DNA from: Elusimicrobiota bacterium
GTDB taxonomy: Bacteria; CG03; SLGR01; JBDRKX01
DNA: 64,000 nucleotides
Reading direction: 5' to 3'
NCBI GenBank assembly: GCA_043813605.1
Contig: JBDRKX010000047.1
Coordinates: 1 to 64,000, forward strand
The first letter of the stretch is position 1; the number at the start of each line of letters is the position of its first letter. Shown piece by piece: positions 33,101 through 48,100 of the stretch. The notes below the pieces were generated by a model that saw only the letters and a list, made by a program, of their open reading frames with translations, made no database searches and was not told the origin of the DNA. Both the position numbers and the translations under genes were made by a program.

Positions 33101-36100
33101 AGAATTTCCTGCCGATGAGTACGACAGGCCGCGCCGGCATCTTACCTGTCGATATCATATCCACTACATCAAATAACGCTTTCATGGTATCCATCTTCCC
33201 CGGAGTGAACACAAATGCCCTCGAGTTAACCGCAAGGAACACATTATGATTATTAGGACTTGAAGTTATGATCCTGTTCTCTATCTTTCTCTCTTTTTCA
33301 GTCAATTTCTCCTTTTCATTAACAAAAACATCCATTTGCAGCAGATTATAATCTTTTTCTTCCGTTGATTCCACGATAGTATCGAGCAGGACCCCGCGGC
33401 TTCCCACCTGTACCGGTATCTTCCTGGATATCAGTTCGGATTTGAGTGTTCTGAGAGTCTCCAGTTCGATACTGTCTTCTTCAACTATCGGTTCCCCTAC
33501 GAATGCGATGCTCGCCGGAAGCCGAGAAAACTTAAAAAGGCCTTCCTTGAGCTCCATGTTATTCCGGCGCATCCTGTACTGCGTGGTTTTTACCGGTTCA
33601 ATACGTTCAGCTGCGGCGATTATGAATGAAAGAGCATCGTTGTATGTCTCTACGAAAACCGGTTTAAGAATATCGTCTGCATCCACTCCGGCTTCTTTCC
33701 AGCTCTTATTTAAAGCATTTATTATGGGTTTCCAGAACTCGCTGTTAACAAATACCATCGGCCGCTCCCGCTGCCATGTTGCAAACACTTTATCAAATGT
33801 CTCCAGGCCGCCGGGCATTATTATCGTACCAAGTGAATTTTCGTATAACGCCTGTTTTCCGGCAATAAAATGCTTGTAACTGTATACCTCTTCGGCATAA
33901 TCATTCGGGTCCTGATCCCACGGTACGATTATCTTGGCCCCTTGAGTTTTCATGGATACGGCCTGCTTTCTTATTTTATCCTTGAGCCGGCGGCATTCGA
34001 TCGACACGGGATTGTTTTTCACAAGTTCTGCTAACAGGCGCCCTTCCGCGGTCTTTAAAGTATCCAGCACCTCAAGATTTCCTGAATCAATCGCCTTTAC
34101 ATACTCATTCCTTGCTTCTATATAGCCCTTAAGCGTTCCCTCCATTGCCGCTCCGGAACCGGAACCTGTTCTGGGCACAAGACCATATGAAAATATTTCA
34201 GCACCAAGTTCTTCACATTTCCGGTAATCCACAGCTTCTTTCCCGCCGCGAGAGGAACCTATCACTACAACTGCAGGCGGCCACTGTTCGTGAGTTTCAA
34301 GCGTAATGTTTCTTTCACTTTCTATTTCCCGGTGTAATCTGAGCGCTTTTTCCCTGAATAAAGAGAACTCTTCGCCTATCTTTTCTTCTATATGTTCACG
34401 CAGTATCTGTCTCAGCGCATTTTCCGAGCCGAATATTTTCCTAGACAGCCCCTGGTATATCTCCCTATGCTGCTCGTAGTCCTTTATACCGAATCTGGCA
34501 AGATATCCCAGAAAGAACATTATCTCATCAAAATTATCTATAAATTTATCCTCAATGAAAAATTCCTTTGCATACACAATCTGGTGATAATAGGGATATC
34601 CGAAGAGATAATTCTCACTCCCGTTAAATATCGCCTCAAAAGACATGTGTTCTCTTTTATTGAGTATATCAATTACCTTACTGACTTTTTTCTTTTCCTT
34701 TTCAGTGAGCTTATCCGATGCAGCATTGACTTTTCTATCAATTTCAGCCCTGCTGTTCATTACAAGGGACATCTCTTTTTCATTGAGTTCATTCTTCTCC
34801 ATATTGTCTATTTTGTCCGAAGATACCCCTTTTCCGAAAATCGGTACTTTAAACCTGTGTCCCAGCCAAGAATAGAAAGCTATCCATGGTATATTCGTTA
34901 TACTGGAAAAGATAGGCCTGAAATCAATCGGGAACAATACGAAATTAGCAGTATGTACGATACCTACACGGTATATAAGATAAAATATATAAGTAAGGCT
35001 GAACTTGGCTTTGTATTTGTACAGCGCTTCCTTTATGCCTTTTTTCGAGAAAGTATTCCTTATGTTTCCTTTTGAGAAAGTTGATATCCAGGTATAAGTG
35101 AAGAAATATATCACCGGCTGCCATAACAGGGCCATTATTGCCAGTTTTATCAGTATGAATTTACCTCCTTCAGGGATGAACGCATCCAATCCGAAAAAGA
35201 CAAGAGGCTGGAAAATGCCGTGTACGAGCATCTCGAGTCCGCTGATATAACCCAGTCTTTTGCCTTTTACCGGCTCTTTCATTATCTTCTGTGCTAAAAC
35301 ATCTCCGGCAATACCCAGCACACCGGCGCTTATAACTTTTGTAACAACCGGGTTGGTCTCTAACTGCGTAACATAAGCTTTTCCAACCCAGACCAGAGTA
35401 GGAACAGCCGGCGGGTACAGGTACACGAACAAGCCAATAGCTGCAAAACTGAATGTTGACGCAATAAGGAGCCGGTATTTCTTGAGAAACCCGGTTTTTT
35501 TCTGTTGTTCGAACGGTTCAGTCTGGATCTTTTCGTCATCAGCGATCCTGACCTTTAGCGAATCCTCTATTATGTATTCTATATATTTAAATATGGCCTG
35601 TTGCGGATGGTCTTCGGCAAGTGTTTTATGAAAATCGGCTTCGTTTTTCTCCGGATTATCTTTAAGGTACTGGTATTCATCGAGTTCATGTTTTACGAGT
35701 AGTTCCAGGAACTCCACCAGTGAAAGGTCTTTCGGCGGACCGCGGTTCATTATAGACTCAAGTATAGACTCATGGATTATCAGTACCGGTTCGCCTTCTT
35801 CATATTCCAGGGTCATCAGCCCGTACATATGTCTTTCCGGCATCACCAGCATGGGATCCTGGCTGCTCACCTTTACCCTGATAGAAGCAGCGTTTCTGAG
35901 TTCATCCACTATATCGAGCAGATCTTCTTCCCAGAGTTCCTGCCATGTAAGTATTTCTTTTTCCCTGACACCCTTAAGTAACTCTGCAAGGGCATTGGAA
36001 GTCTCATCGGTTATACGCGATATAAGACCGGCATTGAGTTCAGCTTTTGATAACAACCCTACCGCATTCGATATGAGCATGGCTACATTTTCACCTAAAG

Positions 36101-39100
36101 CCGCCGCCGGTACAGCCGTACCAGGTTCTTCTACCCCTTCTTCTTCAAAGAAACCATCCTCTATGGCAGATATATGTCTGATTATTTCGTTCTTGTATTC
36201 AAAAAGTACCTGCTGCTTCTTCAGTTCTTCATCAGCGTTTTCAGAATAAATTAATTTATGGAAATTTTCGCTTGTTCTTGCTTTTTCTGTATCCAGATCC
36301 ATATTTTTTAAGTAATCAGTGAACCTGCTGTAGATATCAGAACCTTTGTTATTTATCGCGGAATATTCGTCTGTTTCATGCTGTATCAGAAGTTCGATAA
36401 AAGAATCCGCTGTATACCCTTCCGGTGGGCCCCTTTTCTCAAGCGTTTCAAGTATTATCTGATGGATCACTATTATTATCCTGCCGGATTCAGCATCATA
36501 TTCTGCTGCGGCAAGTCCGTATACATCTTCAGCCTGTATAAGCAGGCCAAGATCCTGCCCGCTCACTCCGAACTTTTTACCGCTCTCAGTCTCTCCCACA
36601 CCAAGTATGGCTTCTTCTTCTACGCCTTTCAGAAGCTGTGAAAGAACACCGGAGGAAGCTTTAGCAAGAATAGCTATCAGTTTTGAATTCGGCTCATTGG
36701 CTTTCAGCCATTTTAGTGCTTTTGATATAAGAAGAGGTACTCTCTCACCGAATGCAGTAACCGGAGCCGCAGGTGACTTGAGATACTCCAGCATATCATT
36801 ATTGGCTGACCATATATGCAGTTTTATTAAGGGCGTATCCTTATGCTTTCTACTGCTTTTTACAACAACGCCGTTTTCTATCACTTCATAATTAAACCCT
36901 GATCCTTTCAGCTCACTGACATATTCATCCAGTTCAGGATCATCCATTGCAGCAGGTCTTTGATAAATGTATATAGAATCCATCGGTAGGTGTATTTCTA
37001 CTCCGTTAACGTTCTTTCCTTCAATAGCCGCCCATCCCAACTGGCTCAACAGGTTCTTATATGCCAGGAAATGGCAATACCCCAGCCCGCCGCCTGCCAG
37101 TATTAACCTTCTGCCTTTAAGACCATCTATATAATAAGTACTCGGCGATTTCCGCTGGTCTACTATCCTGGTATCCTTAAAACTCCTGAAATTAGCCTGT
37201 TCCGGTGATGCAGGATACTCGTACCTGTTATCTATTGTTTTATTTCTTGCAACTTCATAAAGCCCGTCTGCGATAGCCACGGCCGGCACCATATAATCTC
37301 TGCCCACATGGACAGATATCAGTGTCGTTTCATCAGCCGGCTCGTAACCTGAAGCATACTGTGCATCGATAAACCTTTCGATCTCACCGCTGATCGCCGA
37401 TTCATCATCCATCACTGAAAGTCCAGTAAGAAATTCAAAGTATCTCCCGGATGAAGTTGCCGATGCTGATCCTTTAAAATATTCATCTATCTGTTGTCTG
37501 AATTCAGGATCATCCAGCACTATCTCATCATAAGTCGCAAGATCGTTTTTAATGACTTCTGCTTCACTTGTACCGGGTACGCTGTCAAGCGCAGAAAGTA
37601 TCCTCTCAGCCAGCAGCCATTCAATCACTTTTTTGTTACTTCCGTAGGTACTGTGACTTTCAAGTATGCTATGTATAAAATGAGCGCTGAACACTATATT
37701 CTTTCCGTGCCTCACAACATTTACAGGCAGATCGTATGAAACGGTTATATCTACCGGCTCTTTGTTGTTCCTATTGATAGATTCCAGTCTGGCTTTTAAT
37801 CCGCTGTTCATCTCAGCCAGCGCTTCTATCATACTATAGGACCTGTTAAGGAGACCGGCCCATTTACTCGGTCTGTCTCTTAAAAACTTAATATCACTGC
37901 CGGAATCAAATACTATGTTGTTCATCCCGTCAGCTATACCGTAAAAATCGCTCTCTTTTTCTATCCTGAGCCTGTCAACAGGTTCTATATTCCCGGTAAG
38001 TATCTCAATACCCGGTTTTTGCGTAAACATTGCCCTGACTTTTTCGGATACAGGCAGAAGCTTTTCAAACAGGCTTGATACTCCGGCAGCCAGTCTATTC
38101 CGCGTCTTCAACTCGTAACTGAACTTGAAAGATGAATCTATTTCTTTTATCTTTTCAATAACTTGCGATACGACATCAGGATTAAGCCATGCATAAGCGC
38201 TGTTTTCCCTGATAAATTCTTCCAGTTCCCCAAGTACATCTTTTCTGTCTCTTCTCTTTTCGTAGACTTCAGGATAAAATCCGCTGAACCATGCCCACAG
38301 AGCGATTCCTCTCAATCCTTGTTCTATCAAAACATGTATATTAGCCTGTGATTCTGCAAGGTCCTCGGCATCTCTATTCAGCCAGTTATACGGATACGCT
38401 TTTCTTATTATTTGGGTTCCTGTCGGTTCTTTCATATGGCCGGATTCATGGATAAGGCGGCCTTCGATCAGCTCTTCGGCAAGATACCAGCTGATATCAT
38501 TAATAAGGTTTATCCTCTTTAAGAATCCTTCGCCTACAGTCACTTCTGCGACAGGATCGTAAGGACGGTAGTAGTCAATCTTAAAACTATAATAGTTCTC
38601 GTCTTCCGGCTCCTGTTCAAGTTCGAACCTGTGTATATTGAATTTATGTTTACCCTTAAGCCTTATTGACAGGAACATATTGTTGAGATCGAACATGTCA
38701 TCTTTCTCAAGTTTAAAAAGCCTGCCGAACGGAGCTGTTTTATTGAATATCCCTACCACCTTTGATGCCAGTGTCATCTTTTTCAATTCGAGACTTTCCA
38801 CTTCTTCGAACTCTCCAACCTTACGCAGTATTATCTCTTCCGCTTCCTTCGCCTGACTGAAGATCCTGTTTATTTCTTCTACACTTTCTGTGTGGTCAAA
38901 AGGCAGCAGGCCGCCTTTTGCATAAGAAACGGCGAGTTTGCGGTGTTCTTCCCTGTACGGATTATCGGTTATCTCGGAAAGTAAGAAAACGATATGCATT
39001 ATCCGGGCAGTTGTTTTCTCCCGATCATACTTTGATAACAGGAAGCTGGTACCTTCTATTATCTCCCTCACAACTGCTATCATGTACGCGTCTGTCGGTC

Positions 39101-42100
39101 GTAACAATGTATTATTAATGCCTTCAATGACAACGGCGTTCTTCCATAGAGTCGGGACAAACGGGTCTTTCTCGATTATAAAACGTACATGGGCATTTGA
39201 AGGTTTCGCAGTACCTTTATATCCTGCAGGGAACCGTATCGGTATAATTGTATCTTCATCGACCTTCCAGTCGTCAACAACAAGCGCTATATCCAGGTCA
39301 TCACATTCTTTCCCGTGCAGGAATGAACCGTATACGACTATCTTCTTGATCCCCTTGGAAGCGTGTTCTTTCTTCAGAAACTCTATCAAAGTCCCGGCAA
39401 CCGCCCCATCCTCGGACACTATTTTTATATCATTTACAGCCTGTATCCTGTTTTTAATATCTTTTTTTAGGTTATCGCTCAGGTATGGGTAGACAAAATT
39501 ATTATCTTTCCCAAAATCTTCTATACCAAACTCCATTTGCCCTGCCCGGGCGGAAAGCATGTCCTTCCTGTATATGCCGCCGAGACAACCTATCATGCCA
39601 CCGAGCGGGGCAAGAGAAGTAACCTCCTTTTCAAGCTTAAGGAGCGAATCTTCTTTTACTCCGGCATCAATCAGCATCTTCTCTGTTTCAGGTGCTCTGT
39701 TCAGCAGTATACTATCCTGGCTGACAAGTATAAAATTCGCCGGATTCAAATGAGCCTCTTCCCTTGGTACAATAACAATCCGCGCTTCATATTTTTCTTC
39801 AAGGTCTTTAAGCAATCGAGTTGAACCATCTCTCATCATCATCTCTCTATAATACCGCGGATCTATCATTACAACAGGTACCCCATCCCGGGTAGCATGC
39901 GGCGGAATGATATTAAAAACACAATCAGTATGAGAAGTTCCCCTTAAGACTATGTCACCGCCTGGCAGTTTAACTGTTATGAATCCCCGGGGTATTGTTT
40001 CTATGTCAATACCCGGGAGCATCTCCTTCAGAGGCACGAGTGATGTTGTCTTTGCATCCGAAACGACAAGCAACGGTTTCCTTCCCGGCATTGCTGCTGT
40101 TTCACCGGTAACAGGAAAACTTCCCGAAGGTAGTGAAACCGGTATAAGTTCTCTTAATCCGGGGATAAGCAGACTTCCGTCTTTTGCCCAGTGTACCAGC
40201 TGCATGGCTTCCTCTCTATCTACCGCATCATCAATCATAACGCCGGTTTCTGACCTGCTGAACTCTATTCCGGCAGCTTCCAGAGCATCAAGCACGACAC
40301 GGACATCGGGATGCTCCGTTCCGGGCTCTATCTCTGTGCCGACCCTTTCTATAAGTTGTCTTGATCTTATTCCCGTCAGGTAGTTCTTTTTAATATCAGG
40401 GTTCTTCCAGTAATCTGTCTCTGCTTTTTCCTTAATTGACTGTTCGCCGCTTATGGGCAATTCCCTGACGATCTTTTTATACGCTTTTTCATAAGATTCC
40501 AGGTCTACCACATATTCCTGCCAACCCATTACCAGCGTCTTTTCCGCAGCGCGGCCTTTTATACGGTTGATGCAGCCCTCAAGAAAATAGACAAGGAACG
40601 TACTTTTTGAATCACCGAAACCCTCACTTTCTACCGCCTGGCGGAATACCTCTGAATCGCCTGTTCTTAAAGATATCCTGCCTGTTATAGCGTTTATCTT
40701 ATCTATATCTTCCGGTACCGCTATCTGGCTCAATGAAAGAAGTGATTCCCTGGTAACAGATGTTAATTCCGGCTGAAGCGCATCGAGCAGGAATTCTACG
40801 GCTTTCCGCTCGTTCGGATAGAATGCCAGCGCCCGCGCTGCAAGAGCTTTGTGACGGTTTTGGTATTCCTTACCGGTCAAAATCTTTCCAAGGAATTCCA
40901 GAGACATATCAGTATTGCTCTGTCCCAATGCTTCAATGACCGATTCTGATACTGCCATAAACAATGTTTCATCTTTTACCCTTTCAAACGTTCTTATTAA
41001 CGCGGAATCCGCACGGCTGCTCTTCAGTCTTGCCAGCGCCGCCGCGGCCGCCCCTACTACCTGTAACTGAGTATCATCCAACAGGTCGATCAATGCGTTT
41101 TCCGCCTCTTTTATCTTTTCCCTGCCGATTTTTTCTGCGGCATCGCGTCTCTTCACCCAGTTATCAGATCCGATTTCTCTATACTTAGAAAGATCATCAC
41201 GGCCCTTTACTTTTGTAGGCAGTATACCGACTGCTTTCATCATATTACCCGAATCATAGTTCTCCATATTAGCTGCCGGCGAGCCGTACGGAGCTCTTGA
41301 CGTTATTATTATTTTTATACCGGCATCTACAGCTTTACCGACAACATTGAGAAGGCTGTTACTTTCCATTAGAGCATCTTTGATCACCCTGTCTGCTTCT
41401 TCAGCAGATACGATCTCAGATAATTTACCCTTTATGGACCATAAGTTGTCTTTATGACTGACAGGTTCACTCAAACGTCCTGCCAGGTCCTTGCGATATT
41501 CTGCCAGATAGTTCCTGACCCTTTCCCAGAGTTCTTTTTTGCCTATCGATATCGAACCTTCGCCGTAACCCTCAATTACAAGTACAGGATCCTTTATTTT
41601 TCTGTCTTTAAGACGGGCTATAGCGTCTTCAAAGATATCTGTTCTCATATCAGGTACAGCGATCACGACTTCCCTGTCCGCATAAAAATCATTCTGCGGC
41701 ACAGCCAGTCTTGGGAAATCCTTATCTTCAATAATCTCTCCTACAAGGTCTTCTTTCATATATTCAGTGATTTTTGATATTCCGAGCCCCTGTCCGAGAA
41801 GCCAGCTTAATTTGGTCCTTGCATCGCGCGTGGTCAGCCCTTCAGGTATAAGCTCAATACCCGACTCTTTAAAATATCCGGAAACATTTTCCGCCCATAC
41901 AGGTATACCGCCGGCTGTCAGGCTTTTTAATACTCTGAAAGTCTCCCTGTTTTCCGGTATGAATCCGTCGATGACTAATCCGGAAGGTTTTTCTTTCTGC
42001 ACATTTAAGAGATGTTTCTTTACATCCTGTAATACCCGTAAAGGGGTATGCGCGTTAACAAGGATCCTATTAACATAACCGAATATATCGGGAGCACCCA

Positions 42101-45100
42101 ATTCAGGGGCAGTTTCCCGCTCAATAGATTTTGCCCATTCAAGAAAATCTTCTTTGAATACGATTTTGCCGGTTTCTGTAAAACGCCCGACAGCGCCGCC
42201 ATAACTTCCGAAATAAGAGTTCACACCTTCATCCCAGCGAATAGATGCGCCAAACTTATGCACACGGCTTCCCAGGTGTATCTCGTCACCTATCACGACA
42301 TAGACCAGTTTAGGCGCATCGGGGTCAAGGCTTAGCTGTATCGCTCTACTGAAATTATTTTCCGCATCCGAACCCGACTGGTCAGCAGGAAGGTAGGAAC
42401 CGGTAATTACCAGCGGGAATTCCAGTCTATTTCCGTATATCAGTGACAGCAGATAGGAAGTAACACCCAGCGTATCGGTACCATGTGCAAGTACGATCCC
42501 GCCCTTATCTCCTGCTCCTTTTTTGCGTTCTATTTCACTGTCAATCGCATATATTATCCTGTTCCAGTCATCACTTTCAAAATTGCTGGAATCAAGCGAC
42601 AATCCTTCTATCCTCCCGGTATAGCCTATGTCTTTCCGGAATTTTTTACTGAGTCTTTCTACACCGTCACTCGATTTTCTGCCTACCGCGCCTGCCATGT
42701 CTATCGTTCCACCGGCATTGAGCACACTCGCTGTCCTGGTCTCTTCCTTTCTCAGCTTACCTTCGCTATAGGTTAGACTGACCGCGCCGTTGCTTATATC
42801 GACAGTATAACCCGCTTTTTTTAGATAGTCTGTTACAAACTGCACAACATTTTCTGATCCGGATTCTTTTGCAAGTGTTAATGCATCAATTATGTCAGCT
42901 TTTACCGCATTGCCTTCAGTTTTATCCCTGAATGCAGGGAACTCATATGTTTCATCTATAATTGTTATGTCTTTTGCATTTTCCGGGATAAACATCAGGA
43001 GCTCTCTTTCAACAAGCAGGCCTTCCTCTTTCTGATAGACGATGTAACCTGCCTGGCTGTCCCCTTCGAATGAATTGCTCTGGCCTTCTATCAGCAATCC
43101 GCCCTCTTTAAGGGATTCAGCCATTCTATCCAGGACTTCTACATGTTTCCCTTCCCGTTCATAATGCATCAGGACATTCATGCTTCTTATAACATCCAGT
43201 TCTTCAAGCGGCATGGAAAAATCTGAACGCATAAACCTCAGGTTCAAGTAATTCGAAGCGAATTTCCCGTAAGGATCGAACTGTATTACATTACCGTCTA
43301 TTACTTTGCTTTCGCCATTTGCTTCTTCAAGTAATTCCCTGAACTTCTTTTTTAAATCAGGCGGCACATCACTGTCTTTGGTAAAAGTTCTATCAGGCAT
43401 ATCCATAAACAAGACTTTTCCGGTCTTATCGAGACCCGCGACCCGCGCTTCCTGTGTTATGATCATCACATCCGGAATAGTCCTGTCTACTCCGACTATT
43501 TCTACATCAGGATAGACTTTGTTTACAGCATATGACATATCACCGGTCGTATACGGCAACGGCCCGCCTATACCGAAATCCGCTACTGTCTTCTTGATAC
43601 CGCCGAGAGTCATGTAATCATTATCCAACAGCCACGGATAGAGTTCTCTTCCTCTTCCGGTATATGTAAAGAGCGGCATAACCCTTTCAACCACGATACC
43701 TTCATCGGGATACGCAGAGGTTTCATCTCTGAAAAGTTTATCCAGGTATATATGAGCAGTTCCTTTAAAAGATTTTTCTGCCGAATAGATAAGCAGTTCG
43801 AACCTTATCCTTACATCAGAAAGATCTGAACGGGGCAGTAATTCTTCAAGTTTCCTGCGGATGTTATCTTTAGCCGCATCCGCATCCCTGTAATCAAAAA
43901 CCTTTACAAGTCTTGAAGCGATATCCTCCGGAGTTCCGGTAAAAAGCGTATCTGCATCAGGCACTCTTGTCATATCTATGCCAATCGCTTCCCCGGCTTC
44001 TATTGCTCTTGCTATTCCTCTGTTTGATATGGAAACAAAGCGTTCCACTTTATTCCTTAGTGCCGATGACAACAGATATCTTTTCAAAGACGCAGCCAGT
44101 TTCCCGGTTTTTACAAGGTGAGATTTGTCGACATATACAGTATTGTCTTTTATATGTACTAACCTGTTTCTGCCGCCGAACAGGGTATCATATTGAGATG
44201 TTTCCGGTCCGACCAGCTGCAGGTTAAAACCTACCGGCATATCTCTGTAAAATCTGTCAACAGCATCATAATCTATTTCGTCATCAGGTATTTTCTCTTT
44301 CCTCCTACCCCTCAAAAGACCCATCAAATTGACCATTACCAGCGCGAGATAACCGAAAAGCGTCCCGTGCATACCGACAAAAAGTGTACCGGCAAACACA
44401 GGGCTCACCGAATCCATTTTTGACAATACAAAAGGAATCGGTTTCTTGACCAAAGGTTCTTTGCCTTTTGAAAACTGTTTCCTGTATTTTTTCGTCCAGT
44501 AGACTTCAAGATCCAGATCAGTCAGGTTCATTATAGAATGTTCGTAGGAGAGCTGCCTGGTCTTCTTAACCAGATCAAATACCGATTTAGTATCCCATTT
44601 GCCGTCACTTGTCTCGGTATCCCCCGGTACCACTATATAACCCACATCTATTCTTTCCCCTTTTATTTTTTCTCCCCGGTCAGAAGCAGTAGCCGGCACG
44701 ATTATGGTCCTGCCATCAGGCGTTATGTTTATCACTTTTTTCCCTACTGTTATTGTTCCGGGTATTTTAACTAGTACCATGGAACCTTTTTCTACATAAC
44801 TCGGTACCGCGATATCTCCGCCCGGATTAACCTCCCATTTCTGTGTACCGTCCGGATATACCCTGAGAATAATGAGAGGATTAAAGTTCTCGCTGACGGC
44901 TGTGAGCGGCGGTTTCGGATTCTTCTTATTACTCATCCTCACGTAATTGCTGTGCGTCGTGTTTATCAGGCCCCATTTATATGTCTGAAGAGCGATATAA
45001 GGATTATACACCGTTGTCTTGACAACAGCTTCTTCCATACCGAACAAAGACGCAATCACACCGAGACTTTCTTCCAGTGTCTTATTGTTGGCATACCACG

Positions 45101-48100
45101 CGTCCAGTACAGGTTTCTGCGGTTCTATTCCGGCAGCTATCAGCCTGACGGCCATTTTTTCCCTTATAAGATCTTCGAACGATCCTTTATTGAAAACTAT
45201 CTCCTGATAGACTCCGATATCTATATCCTGCCCGAGCACTGCAAGATATTTTTCTTTCCCCTCTACTGCGAATTTATTCAAAACAGCGACCATCTCGTTG
45301 GCACCAGTCAAATCGCTGTCAAACCAGTTATCGATCGCATCTTGTTTAATATTTTCAAGAGCATACCTGTCTGCCGCAGCCTCATCTTCAACCATCAATG
45401 TAGCGAGCGCCATTGCTATAGCATCCTTGGCTCCTTCTACCCTTACCATCGCATCCATCTGGGCAGCCATTCTAAAGACTCCGTCATCTGAGATTACGGG
45501 TTTCTTGATCTCAGACACTATTTTCACTTTCGCAACCGGAGGTATAAATGCCGTTTCGTCAATAGTCCCCCTGTTAAGCATATACATTCCCAGGAATGCA
45601 CTAAGAAAAACAACGGCCGCGATAAACAATAGGGCTGCTCTTGCAATAAATCTGTGTATTATTCCGGTCTGTTTCTGAATGGGACTCTTTAGAGGTTTCT
45701 TCAAATCAGCTATGCTAAACTTATAAAGCTTTTCTGCCTCATTAAGAAGTATTATGGTTTTTTCAGCATAATCTTTTGCAAACCTGTGTACGCTCAAGGC
45801 AAGTTCTTCCGTCCATCCTATCTTGTTTTTTTGTGCATATTTCTTAGCGGCAAGTTCAACAGCTTCTTCGGTGATCAATTCTGCAAGTTCAATTACAGAC
45901 ATTTCTTCGAACTGAGTCTTACTGATATAGAAACTGTTGAACCTGACGCCGGCATGGGCAATAAATCCGGGCGGCGCTCGTTCGTCTGTTTCTAACAGGA
46001 TATGATTCGCATGTGAAGCTGTTGACCAAGGGTGTATCTTCCCGATTTGAGCTACCGGGATAACTCCCCCTTTCTTCATTAGAGCTATGGCATCTCTGAG
46101 TTTTGATTGATATGACCTGTTTTCTGTTATCGGCCACGGCTGCCGTCTTCCCAGTATCAGTTCCCCCTGTGATTTCTTTTCCGTATCACTCAGTTCTTCT
46201 ATTATATCACTGATATACCTGTTTTCTGCCGCGTGCTCTGCCGGCGAGAGCCGGCCCGTCCTTGATATACCGGCATCAGCCGCAACCAATTCTTTTGCTG
46301 CTGCCTCTACAGATGTAGTGATCGGCCGGGATTGCAGTATCCAGATCATGTCTCCCTTAATAGCAAACTCTATATCCTGGGGGTCTCCGAAAAACTCTTC
46401 AAGTTCTTTTGCTATAAATGTCAGCGCCTTTGTCTGTTTATGCGTGAGAACCCTTGAATAGCGGTCCTTCAATCCGACATATTCTGTCACTGTCCCGGGA
46501 CCGGCCGCCTTATTTACGATCTTTATGCGTTTTGATCCTATAAAAGGTTCTTCTATCTCTTCAAAATTAAGTTTTCCTGTTATATACTGGTCTCCCTGTA
46601 CCGCACCCGAGACTATCGCTTCACCCAATCCGTAACTGGCGTTTATTACAACCCGGTTGGCATTATTGTTTATCGGATCCCGTGTAAACATAACACCCGA
46701 TATATCCGGCTCCACCATTTCCTGAACCGTTACTGACTGCCGGACTTCAAGCGGATCGATCTTGTTCTCCTGCCTATATATGATCGCCCTCTCATTCCAT
46801 ACTGAAGCTTCCACATCGAGCAATCTTTCAAGAAGTGTCTTCTTATCCACAAAAAGATGCGTGTCTCCCATTCCTGCATAAGCAGCGCCTTTTGTGTCTT
46901 CCTGTACAGCAGAAGAGCGTATGGCAAACCAGAGCGCATCCGTGTCCCTGCTGTATTTTATGAACGTATCCATGATGATCTTTCCGAGCCCCTGTTCACG
47001 GCTTAACCTGTTATCGCTGATCAAAGCCTGTATCATCCTGGCTTTGTTTTTCGGGGATATTCTGGAAACAGCTATTTTGTTTATTTCTTCCCGTATACCT
47101 TTCTGTTCCAGATATGCTAGATAAGCGGTTGTTGTAACGGCAAACCCGCCCGGAACAGAAACACCTAAACCCATTGTTTTCAGTCTGTCTTTCAGTCTTC
47201 TAAACTTATCCTGCTTAATGCGAAGGAGCATACCCAGATTAGCGTTCTTTCCTCCAACCAGGTTTATATAATCTTCATCAAGCTCATCCAGCGGTATTAT
47301 GAAGCGGATATCCGCTTCAACCAGACTTGTTTTCTCTTTTTCAAGACTTTCTACTTTCTCTTTTAATTTATCAGAGTATATACCGGATTCTTCCGCCTGT
47401 ATGAGAACCCTGCGCACATCCACAAGGTCATCCAGCGTTATCTGATCCGGGCGAGATTCCAGTTGACGGATTTTTTTACGGTTTTGCTCTTTCAGAACTG
47501 CCAGTTTTTTACGGCTGTACCGGTCAATGTCCTGTATTGACGGTAATTCCATAATATCGGATACAAACTCTTTCCCGCCGCTTTTTATCAAGATATCCTG
47601 CTGTACACGAAAATAATCTACCTGCCGTTTGGTGGTATTCAGTGCCGTCATAACATCCGCAACCGTTACTGAAGCTTCGACAGCCTCAGAGTAACTATCC
47701 ATGATGTCCCGCACTTTTTCAGCCTGTATACTCAGCAATTGTTTCTGATATCTCCGCCATTCATCATCAAACTTCTTATTTGAAAGAACTGCCTGATGCA
47801 TGATGTTGGCGATATCCTGATCCGGTATATAGGAAGTTGCTGTATCTACCAGTAGAATCTGCTCTGCAATAAAGCGGATCACTTCAAAACTGTCCGTTTT
47901 TATTAATACTGCTTTAAGGTCTTCAAGAATTGACATATGGTCTCCGGTATACGCAAGGTTCCCATATATTTTCTCAAGCAATTCTTTTGCATACTTGATC
48001 TCTTTCTGCGCTTTTTCAGAAACAGGCATCACTGTTCCTTCAATTCCGTTAACTGAGAGAACATCGCCTTCAAGTATTTCGAACTCCGACACATCTACAT

